A stretch of 64,000 nucleotides of DNA. Source: a virus (Duplodnaviria > Caudoviricetes). The notes beneath the pieces are model-generated. The model did no database searches and had not been told where the DNA came from. It saw only the letters and a list, made by a program, of their open reading frames with translations. Both the position numbers and the translations under genes were made by a program. This document shows positions 8,078-15,821 of this stretch, in pieces; position 1 is the stretch's first letter, and each line of letters starts with the position of its first letter. The stretch spans positions 1 through 64,000 of IMG/VR virus record IMGVR_UViG_3300029305_003259; one strand, written 5' to 3'.

Positions 8078-8115
8078 CATGTCAATGATACAACACAAAA
8101 TTAATGGAGGTACAA

Positions 8116-8424
8116 ATGGAAACCACTACTCTTAAAGAGCGTATTCTGCCAGAAGAACGTGAAACACATCTTTGGTTCGATCCCATGACCAATCTTTGGC
8201 GTATGAACAGCAACATCAGTCGCCACTTCAATAAGGCCCAGCGCGCAGGTTGGACTCCTGTGCGTCAATATGTATATGATGACGGTTATGTGGCCGCTAT
8301 GGAGCTTGAGGCTCCTGAACGTGGCATCACCATTAAGACCCCTAAGAAGCGTGAATTTAGTGATGAGCATAAGGCTAAGCTGCTTGGCCAGAATGAGGAT
8401 TTAGAAGAAGAATTTGAAGATTAA
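8116..8424 (+). CDS. phage hypothetical protein
   Basis: GGAGGT RBS; ERET motif near the N-terminus. Confidence 0.8.
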   Translation: METTTLKERILPEERETHLWFDPMTNLWRMNSNISRHFNKAQRAGWTPVRQYVYDDGYVAAMELEAPERGITIKTPKKREFSDEHKAKLLGQNEDLEEEFED

Positions 8425-8505
8425 GTTAAAGATGAGTATTTACCCTGCCGGGAGCACAGAAATATAAAATCGCATTCTAAATGCACAATCTAGGAGGAAA
8501 TAATA

Positions 8506-8868
8506 ATGTTTGATGATAAACCAATTAAGTCTTGGACTTTGGAAGAAGCAATGGATTATTGCAGAGAATATAGATTCAAATTTAAAGAAGAATTTTGCGA
8601 AGAATCCGATGGTTGCGAATTGAACAACCGAGGAATCTGTTGTGAAGCTTGGGTGCATGATTGGAAATTAGATACATACAGACATGAAGAAATTGATGAT
8701 GCATCAAAGATTCTTCATTTATTCCCTGACGCAATGTCGGTTGAAAGACATGCTAATGCCCTTATGGTCAAATATAATGATTCATATTATGCAAATATTG
8801 ATTCTAATCTATTCCCATCTATTAAAGTTGGTCAGAAGGTAATGTTAAAAAATATTTTGGAGAATTAA
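8506..8868 (+). CDS. hypothetical protein
   Basis: AGGAGG RBS. Confidence 0.75.
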   Translation: MFDDKPIKSWTLEEAMDYCREYRFKFKEEFCEESDGCELNNRGICCEAWVHDWKLDTYRHEEIDDASKILHLFPDAMSVERHANALMVKYNDSYYANIDSNLFPSIKVGQKVMLKNILEN

Positions 8869-8870
8869 TT

Positions 8871-9314
8871 ATGGTTTACAAAGAAGAAGTGCGAGATCTA
8901 TTCTCTGCGCCAGATGACTATTATCTGGCCCATTGCATCAGTGCAGACTATGCCCTTGGTGCTGGTATTGCCGTAGAATTCAACAAGCGCTTTGATATGC
9001 GCAGAAAGTTGCGTGAATATGCGCCAGACTTTGGTGTATGCATGAAGTATTTCGGCTTTGAAGGTGGATGCTTATTGGTTGATCATGTGCTAAATCTAGT
9101 CACAAAAGATAAATATTATAATAAGCCAACCTATCGTTCTATGCAGTCAGCACTAGGAGAAATGAAGATGATTTGCAACTCAAACAATATCACCAAAGTT
9201 GCAATGCCACTGATTGGTTGCGGCCTTGATAGATTGCAATGGGATAAGGTGTCGCAAATGATTAAAGACACATTTGCTGATACTGATATTGAAATTTTAA
9301 TTTGTAAGAGGTGA
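8871..9314 (+). CDS. macro-domain protein (TARG1/Poa1p-like ADP-ribose hydrolase class)
   Basis: AHCISAD..LGAGIA, LVTK..YY.KPTY, AMPLIGCGLDRLQW motifs. Confidence 0.85.
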   Translation: MVYKEEVRDLFSAPDDYYLAHCISADYALGAGIAVEFNKRFDMRRKLREYAPDFGVCMKYFGFEGGCLLVDHVLNLVTKDKYYNKPTYRSMQSALGEMKMICNSNNITKVAMPLIGCGLDRLQWDKVSQMIKDTFADTDIEILICKR

Positions 9315-9643
9315 AACAAATGATCATAATTGAAACCTGCCCAATTTGCGGCGAAGATTTATTTGAATACATTGCCGCATCAAACCCACCAATTTGTGTT
9401 AAGGAGTGTGTTTCCTGCGGATGGAAATGGACTAGTGAGCGTGAACAAGTAATTAGGGTGCCGTTTGGAGGCAATACTGGACTAATCTCAAACAATGATT
9501 ACACCTTGCTAAATGGATATAATTCCAACAGCACTACTAGCAACTTCTCTCAAAGTGCTTGCTTAACCTGTCCTTCCAATCCAAAGAATGGTGGCGACGG
9601 AATTTGTTTTTGCACCTTGGGCCAAATGAATGTAGTTTATTGA
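9311..9643 (+). CDS. zinc-ribbon protein
   Basis: CPIC, CVSC, CLTC, CFC. Confidence 0.7.
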   Translation: MKQMIIIETCPICGEDLFEYIAASNPPICVKECVSCGWKWTSEREQVIRVPFGGNTGLISNNDYTLLNGYNSNSTTSNFSQSACLTCPSNPKNGGDGICFCTLGQMNVVY

Positions 9644-9652
9644 GGTGTAAAT

Positions 9653-10048
9653 ATGACTCTATATTATAAAATCAAAGATATTCAATACAACCTAAAGCGT
9701 AAATACCAACGTGCCAAACGTGGTTATTCCTACGGCGATGTATGGGATATGGATACTTGGTTTGTTGATACAATTAAACCTATGTTAATTCACCTGCGTA
9801 AGCATGGATGTAGCTACCCTATGGAATTCAAAGACCGAGATGAATGGTGTGACGTTCTTGATGAAATGGTTTGCTGCCTCGAATTTATGAATGAGGATAA
9901 TGCGGAATGTTTTCTTGGATTTGGTGATCCAGATTCTTATGATCATATGAAGCTAGAAGACTATAAACAAATTAGAGATATTATGATGGAAAATAAGAAT
10001 AGATTCTTTGAGCTATTCAGTAAATATTTTTATGATATGTGGGACTGA
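9653..10048 (+). CDS. phage hypothetical protein
   Basis: GAGGTG RBS; QRAKRGYS.DVWDMD pattern. Confidence 0.75.
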   Translation: MTLYYKIKDIQYNLKRKYQRAKRGYSYGDVWDMDTWFVDTIKPMLIHLRKHGCSYPMEFKDRDEWCDVLDEMVCCLEFMNEDNAECFLGFGDPDSYDHMKLEDYKQIRDIMMENKNRFFELFSKYFYDMWD

Positions 10049-10058
10049 GGTGAACAAC

Positions 10059-10388
10059 ATGGATCTAAAATGGGAATTAGGCGTACTGCTCGAATACTAC
10101 TCAGACAAGGCAAGAAAGCTGGACAAATATGAATACAGAGAAATGGAGCAACTCAAGGAACTATATGCACAGGCTATTCTGCTCAACATCAAGCATGGTT
10201 ATGGCCTCTTCTTCCCTATTGATGACTTTATTGATGAAGTACGTGGCGGAAGTATTAATCACTATGATGGGTTTGGTGAATTACTAGATGCCGAAGGAAA
10301 CGAACTTGGGTACAGTAGATGCAATGTCAAATTTCTCGAAAATGCAAAATCCAATGGCGCAGTATATGTGGCCTGGTTTAATAAGTGA
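10059..10388 (+). CDS. hypothetical protein
   Basis: GAGGTG RBS before MDLKW. Confidence 0.7.
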   Translation: MDLKWELGVLLEYYSDKARKLDKYEYREMEQLKELYAQAILLNIKHGYGLFFPIDDFIDEVRGGSINHYDGFGELLDAEGNELGYSRCNVKFLENAKSNGAVYVAWFNK

Positions 10389-10395
10389 GGTAATT

Positions 10396-10620
10396 ATGCA
10401 GATTGCAAGAAAAGACTTAGTTACACTAAACATGTTTCCAGTCTGTGAATGCGGAACCGTAATCCCAGACGTAGAAGTTGAATTAGAGACTATAGAAAAT
10501 AATTATGGATATAAAAGTCTCAAGATTCACTTTTACCCCTTTCAATGCCCAAATTGTGGTGCTCATATTGATGGTTTACAAATGGATGGAAAATATGTAG
10601 ATATGTTTATGAGGAGGTAA
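10396..10620 (+). CDS. zinc-ribbon protein
   Basis: CECG...CPNCG; GAGGT RBS. Confidence 0.7.
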   Translation: MQIARKDLVTLNMFPVCECGTVIPDVEVELETIENNYGYKSLKIHFYPFQCPNCGAHIDGLQMDGKYVDMFMRR

Positions 10621-10621
10621 T

Positions 10622-10798
10622 ATGAAATATCATACTTATTTTGTTTCTTGGATCGCGTCAAATACAAACCCAATACACATTGGTAATTGTACTTTCAAAA
10701 CTAAATCAAAAGGAGACTTACTAGTTCAAGATGCAATTAATTCTGCACATTATATTCATCTAGAAGCCATTGTTTTAAATATTTGTAAGCTTGATTGA
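10622..10798 (+). CDS. small hypothetical protein (58 aa, not in ORF track)
   Basis: GAGGAGGT RBS; MKYHTYFVSW... Confidence 0.6.
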   Translation: MKYHTYFVSWIASNTNPIHIGNCTFKTKSKGDLLVQDAINSAHYIHLEAIVLNICKLD

Positions 10799-10807
10799 GG
10801 TATCGAT

Positions 10808-10993
10808 ATGACAGTACGACAGAAAAAGAACCTATCTACCCTACTCTATGAATACTACGTAGAACTTTCTCAAACCTGCAACTATGATTGCACCAACTGT
10901 GACATCGGTATCCTTGAGTCATATGGATCAGGTTACACTTGTCCATTGGAAGTAGTTATGCGCAAGCTCGATGAAGATTTATATGCGAGGTAA
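10808..10993 (+). CDS. small Cys-containing protein
   Basis: GAGGT RBS; C..DCTNC. Confidence 0.65.
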   Translation: MTVRQKKNLSTLLYEYYVELSQTCNYDCTNCDIGILESYGSGYTCPLEVVMRKLDEDLYAR

Positions 10994-10995
10994 TT

Positions 10996-11202
10996 ATGAA
11001 TATATCTAAAGAAGTATGGAAAGAACTACTTGATGTTTTAAAGAAGCATAAAATCTCATACATTACTCATTATGAAAACCGAGATATTGAAAGAGCCATG
11101 GAATATCCCGATGTAACAGTGCAAGATAAGCATATACAGATTAATCTTGTGATTCCAGACTATTTTGATGATATTAAAGAGGTATACTATGTTAAATATT
11201 GA
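10996..11202 (+). CDS. hypothetical protein
   Basis: GAGGT RBS. Confidence 0.65.
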   Translation: MNISKEVWKELLDVLKKHKISYITHYENRDIERAMEYPDVTVQDKHIQINLVIPDYFDDIKEVYYVKY

Positions 11203-11386
11203 ATTGATTGAATGTGGACTGGATGATACTTTAAAGGAAATCAAGTCAGATTTAGAATCGGTATTAGGTAGAAGCTATTCTAAAAAGCAAAAGGACGAAA
11301 TGATTTATAAGACATTGGGTGCCGTTAATACTTTGTGGTATTTAATTGGAGTAACAGAAACTGATACTGATGCAGAAGAGGTGTAA
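11189..11386 (+). CDS. hypothetical protein
   Basis: AAGAGGT RBS before MLNIE. Confidence 0.65.
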   Translation: MLNIELIECGLDDTLKEIKSDLESVLGRSYSKKQKDEMIYKTLGAVNTLWYLIGVTETDTDAEEV

Positions 11387-11388
11387 CC

Positions 11389-11757
11389 ATGAAATGTACT
11401 GATTGCGCCCACTTTGAAGTGTGCTGCTATGTAGATCCTAGTCTTCCTGTATGTGATTCATTTATACACAAAGATTGCATTGTCATGCTGCCATGCCCTA
11501 TTGGAACAAATCTATATAGAATTGATAGTCATAATATTCCATGTCATCGCAACAGAAGAGATAGAGATGAATATTATTGTCAAGAAGTGTTACATTGTTA
11601 TTGTGATGAATGTGCATGTGACTGTAACAAAGAATATTATATCTTTAATATGGAAAATGCAGATGCTATGACTATTCTTGGAAATGAGAAATATTTTGGA
11701 ACAAGAGTATTTACCTCTAAAGAAGAAGCAGAAAAGAAATTGGAGGAACTGAAATGA
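11389..11757 (+). CDS. Cys-rich phage protein
   Basis: LPCPIG...GTRVFTSKEEAE pattern common in phage proteins. Confidence 0.7.
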   Translation: MKCTDCAHFEVCCYVDPSLPVCDSFIHKDCIVMLPCPIGTNLYRIDSHNIPCHRNRRDRDEYYCQEVLHCYCDECACDCNKEYYIFNMENADAMTILGNEKYFGTRVFTSKEEAEKKLEELK

Positions 11758-12065
11758 AAAAGAGCGAACCGAAGATGATTCTAAACGTAGCTATTGAAAA
11801 TAGTGAGATTGAAGAAAAGGTCAAGATTGCCATGGACAAGTATATGGAACAACTAATTAGAAAAGACCTTGATGCGGCAATTGCAAAATATGTTGAAAAA
11901 AGAATCGATGCGCTTTTAACTGGCCGTGGTTGGGATAGTGAGCGTAAGATTGATGGAGTTTATTTTGATACATTCGTTAGACAGAAGACTGAAAAGGCCC
12001 TAATTGATGCCATTGAAAAGAATGCCAAGGAGATTCTGGCAAAGAAGTTGGCGCAGCTTATTTAA
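11754..12065 (+). CDS. hypothetical protein
   Basis: GGAGG RBS, ATGA overlap. Confidence 0.7.
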   Translation: MKKSEPKMILNVAIENSEIEEKVKIAMDKYMEQLIRKDLDAAIAKYVEKRIDALLTGRGWDSERKIDGVYFDTFVRQKTEKALIDAIEKNAKEILAKKLAQLI

Positions 12066-12077
12066 GGAGTGATATTT

Positions 12078-12350
12078 ATGGATAATAAGCGCACTCGCCC
12101 AAAAATTTATCGCATGCTTCCAGAAGAACTAACTAATTTCGTTCACAATATAGCAATTCCTGGTGACATTGCATATTCACATGATGCTGAAACAAAAAGA
12201 TACTATGTATACTTTTGTACCACAGAGAATGTCGGGGAAGATGTTAATCCATGTTGGATGATGACTGATGAAAGGGCTATATTAAGAGAAAGACTAAACA
12301 CCATGTCTTTAGAAGAAAAAATTGATTTTCTAATTGAGAGACTTATTTGA
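12078..12350 (+). CDS. hypothetical protein
   Basis: AAGGAGTG RBS. Confidence 0.65.
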   Translation: MDNKRTRPKIYRMLPEELTNFVHNIAIPGDIAYSHDAETKRYYVYFCTTENVGEDVNPCWMMTDERAILRERLNTMSLEEKIDFLIERLI

Positions 12351-12361
12351 GGTGAAATATT

Positions 12362-12628
12362 ATGAACAAAACAATTGTAGTAATTGATATGCCTAATAGC
12401 TGCGATGAATGCCTTTTATTTGGTTCTTTTTATAGTGACCTATGTTGCAAGGTATTGAATAAAAGAGGAATTAATTATCCATACCCTAAAGATTTTCGGC
12501 AAAATTGGTGTCCATTAGAATCTGTTCCGTCTGAACGCTTGCATTCTGGCAACCCATATGATGACTATGGAGACGGATATGCTGATGGTTATAATGCATG
12601 TCTAGATGAAATTTTAGGAGGACTATAA
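12362..12628 (+). CDS. phage Cys-motif protein
   Basis: DMPNSCDEC...WCPL...GYNACLDEI pattern. Confidence 0.7.
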   Translation: MNKTIVVIDMPNSCDECLLFGSFYSDLCCKVLNKRGINYPYPKDFRQNWCPLESVPSERLHSGNPYDDYGDGYADGYNACLDEILGGL

Positions 12629-13071
12629 TGAATATAAATAAGTTAAATAGACTTCTTGACGAAGGAGTTCTTACTCAGGAAGAATATGATTCATTCTTCA
12701 AGACAATGCGTGTAAATGAAAATGGCCAATTAGTTGGCATTGTACAGACTAAAAATCCAGCAACCCATAAGTATAATTTAGAGGGTGACATGCTCAATGG
12801 AGATCTAGTAGAGTTTGTAAAAACAAAAATCACTCCGCCATATGGGGCCGAAGATATGGATAATGTTTTTAAAACATATGGCTTAATGGTAACCGGTATT
12901 GCTGATTACTGGCACTGGTTTACCAAAGATAATATTACGGAGAATGCTTTGAAGCATGGGTATAGGCCAATTGAAGAAGCTACTGAATTGGAGCTATGGA
13001 AAATGATTGCTATTTGTGAGCGATATTGGGAAATATTTTATAGTGATTGCTATCATGATAGGAGTAATTAA
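12628..13071 (+). CDS. hypothetical protein, possible N-terminal SHOCT-like segment
   Basis: LNRLLDEGVLTQEEYD; AGGAGG RBS. Confidence 0.65.
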   Translation: MNINKLNRLLDEGVLTQEEYDSFFKTMRVNENGQLVGIVQTKNPATHKYNLEGDMLNGDLVEFVKTKITPPYGAEDMDNVFKTYGLMVTGIADYWHWFTKDNITENALKHGYRPIEEATELELWKMIAICERYWEIFYSDCYHDRSN

Positions 13072-13073
13072 TT

Positions 13074-13325
13074 ATGACAAGAAGATTTGAAGCAGATAAG
13101 ATTAACCTAGATCCGTACGAGGTTGAGCCTTTTGTAAATGAAAAGTATAGAGGTTTCGTAATTAAGTGGGACTCAGACATTGGTTTTGGAGAATATACAA
13201 TTTACCAGAAGATTGGTTCTGATGAATGGCATGCTGATTCTGAGCATATGGACAGCAATGCGGATAAGGCTTTTATTAAAGAACTTATGAAACAGTTTAT
13301 TGATAAACTAAATATCAAAGATTGA
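13074..13325 (+). CDS. hypothetical protein
   Basis: AGGAG RBS. Confidence 0.7.
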   Translation: MTRRFEADKINLDPYEVEPFVNEKYRGFVIKWDSDIGFGEYTIYQKIGSDEWHADSEHMDSNADKAFIKELMKQFIDKLNIKD

Positions 13326-13338
13326 GGAGGGTTAAACT

Positions 13339-13566
13339 ATGGTTAAACTACATTGTGATAGATGCGGTAAAGAAATTGAAGCCTTATATTATACTATTAA
13401 TTTTTGGCCCTATTACACTAATCCAAAATATAGTGATTATGATTGTGCTGCTGCTAATTGCGCATCTTCTTATACAAGAGAAAGTGCTCTGCAGGTATTG
13501 AATTCTCAGAAGATGTATTGTTGTGATTGTAAGAAAGAAATTGAAAAGTTTATGGGCATCAATTAA
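13339..13566 (+). CDS. zinc-ribbon protein
   Basis: CDRCGKEI...CCDC. Confidence 0.7.
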   Translation: MVKLHCDRCGKEIEALYYTINFWPYYTNPKYSDYDCAAANCASSYTRESALQVLNSQKMYCCDCKKEIEKFMGIN

Positions 13567-13590
13567 AGATGGGGTTTAAGAGGTGAAAAT

Positions 13591-13998
13591 ATGAACCATA
13601 TGCCTGAAGTAGCAAAGATGCTCGGAGTTGAACTTCTTGAGGAGTTTGAAATTATTTTTCCTAACTCAAATTGTCATGCCACAGCAATACTAAATAATGA
13701 GAGGTTATATATTAAGGATCATAATCTTGCAAATCAGGACATGTGGCAACTTAGTGCTTTAACCAATATTCTCAATGGTACCTACACCATCAAGCGCAAA
13801 CCTTGGAAACCAAAGCGTGATGAATATTATTGGCATGTAGATGTAGATGGTAAACATTATATTAATATATGGCAAGGAGTTTCCTATGATAGAAATTTTT
13901 ATAAAATCGGAAATTGTTACAAGACGGCAGAAGAAGCCGAAGCCAACATCGACAAGTGGATCGTCTTCTATGCATCAGACGAAGTCTTGGAGGTATAA
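13591..13998 (+). CDS. phage hypothetical protein
   Basis: VAKMLGVEL.EEF...PWKPK...GNCYKT pattern. Confidence 0.75.
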   Translation: MNHMPEVAKMLGVELLEEFEIIFPNSNCHATAILNNERLYIKDHNLANQDMWQLSALTNILNGTYTIKRKPWKPKRDEYYWHVDVDGKHYINIWQGVSYDRNFYKIGNCYKTAEEAEANIDKWIVFYASDEVLEV

Positions 13999-14000
13999 TT

Positions 14001-14273
14001 ATGAAACCAGTATTTAAATGTGACTACTGCTCTTTTATGGGCGATGAAGAGCAGGTAAAGGCTCATGAGCCGACCTGTATGGACAACTATGACAGAAAGA
14101 ATTGTTATACCTGCGCCCATAAACAGTTTAAAAATTTAAAGGGATTTAAGTGCGATTGCGGCATCGAAATCCCAGAAGGCAAAATTTATGAGTTTTGCGG
14201 AAGTTATGAACGTAAAGAGAAACTCCAAAATGATTTAAGCGATATTTTTGGAGGTTTATTCGGAGGTATTTAA
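14001..14273 (+). CDS. Cys-rich protein
   Basis: GGAGGT RBS; CDYC, CYTC. Confidence 0.7.
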   Translation: MKPVFKCDYCSFMGDEEQVKAHEPTCMDNYDRKNCYTCAHKQFKNLKGFKCDCGIEIPEGKIYEFCGSYERKEKLQNDLSDIFGGLFGGI

Positions 14274-14518
14274 TGTATATATGTTTAGATTGCGGAGCAT
14301 TTTTTAGTGCTACTCGCAAATATATAGAAAAACATGGTCTTGATTGTCCACCATACGAAGAGACAATTGGATGCCCATCATGTGGGGGTGCATATGTGGA
14401 TGCAACAAAATGTGATATATGTGGTAATTATATAACTAGTGATTATGTCGAAACAACAAATGGAGATCTATATTGCGAGAATTGCTATAATATTAAGAGT
14501 ATTGAGGATTTGATTTAA
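14273..14518 (+). CDS. double zinc-ribbon protein
   Basis: four CxxC motifs. Confidence 0.75.
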   Translation: MYICLDCGAFFSATRKYIEKHGLDCPPYEETIGCPSCGGAYVDATKCDICGNYITSDYVETTNGDLYCENCYNIKSIEDLI

Positions 14519-15807
14519 TGGAACTTGATAAAGTACAAAAAGAAATAGTAGTAAGCGAAGAAAAGAACATTATAGTTTCCGCTGGCGCAGGATCTGGTAA
14601 AACCAGAGTCTTAACCGAGCGGGTTAAATATTTGATAGAATCTGGTATCAATCCCGCTAATATTGTTTGCATCACATTTACTAATAAAGCTGCAGACGAA
14701 ATGCGTGAAAGATTAATCGATGTGGATGGAATTGGGGATGCATTTATTGGCACCATTCATTCTTTTGCGAATAGAATTTTGAAGGCTTCCGGTAAAAGAT
14801 ATGATTTGTTGACAGAAGATAAAGAAATTGAAATTATAAAAACTCTTATTTCCAAGTATGCGAAATATGTGGATGCAGAATCATATATGAAATATCTAGA
14901 TTTTCGCCGTCAAATTAAACTTGGTCTTAAAACAGAGAGAGATTTGCACAAAGCATTAAAATCTTCTATGTTGGCCGAAATTGATGTGTTATATGGTAAA
15001 GGAAGCGTATTAGATAGGTTTCGTTACCCAGAAAATCTTGTTACAATTTGTGAAAAGCAACATATTATTACTTTTGACCAATTGCTTATTGAATGTACGG
15101 AATATTTCAGTAAGATAAATGGTAAGGTCGAATATTTGTTGGTTGATGAAGTTCAAGATATTGGCGTGAATGAATATGAATTTATCTCCGCACTTAATGC
15201 AGATAATAATTTTTACGTCGGTGATGATTTCCAGTCTATTTATAGTTTTAAGGGAGCCGATGTGCGTATTTTCTTAAAGCTAATGAATAGCTCTGATTGG
15301 AAATCTTACCATATGGCAGCTAATTATAGAAATGCAACAAAGATTTTAAGTGCGGCAAAAGATGTTATTCATCAAGCAGAGGATATAATTGATAAAGAAA
15401 TTTATGCTGTTAGAAAGTCTACCGGAGAGTTTAGGGTGGACTCTAAAGACTGTGTAGCAAAATATTTGAAGCAGATTAAAAAAGAAGGTAATTATAAAGA
15501 TTGGTTTATCCTAGTAAGGACAAACAAGGATGTTTATGAACTGTCGCAAAAATGTCAAAACATAAAATTGCCATACAACACATTTAAGCAAGGCGGCACT
15601 TCCAATAAAGAGATGGAAGATATGATGAGCGCTGACACCGTTAAAATTTTGACTGTGCATACAGCTAAAGGTCTTGAAAATAAAAATGTGATTGTTTATG
15701 GAAACTTTCCACTTGTGCAACCTGTATATAAGCGGAATTCGGAAGAGCGTAAAATTATGTATGTCGCAATGACGAGGGCTATGGATAAATTAATTATTTT
15801 AAATTAA
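14518..15807 (+). CDS. compact UvrD/Rep-family SF1 helicase
   Basis: AGAGSGKT, FTNKAADEM, TIHS, DEVQD, GDDFQSIYSFKGA, NYR, TVHTAKGLE, YVAMTRA. Confidence 0.95.
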   Translation: MELDKVQKEIVVSEEKNIIVSAGAGSGKTRVLTERVKYLIESGINPANIVCITFTNKAADEMRERLIDVDGIGDAFIGTIHSFANRILKASGKRYDLLTEDKEIEIIKTLISKYAKYVDAESYMKYLDFRRQIKLGLKTERDLHKALKSSMLAEIDVLYGKGSVLDRFRYPENLVTICEKQHIITFDQLLIECTEYFSKINGKVEYLLVDEVQDIGVNEYEFISALNADNNFYVGDDFQSIYSFKGADVRIFLKLMNSSDWKSYHMAANYRNATKILSAAKDVIHQAEDIIDKEIYAVRKSTGEFRVDSKDCVAKYLKQIKKEGNYKDWFILVRTNKDVYELSQKCQNIKLPYNTFKQGGTSNKEMEDMMSADTVKILTVHTAKGLENKNVIVYGNFPLVQPVYKRNSEERKIMYVAMTRAMDKLIILN

Positions 15808-15821
15808 GGCGGTGAAGACTA

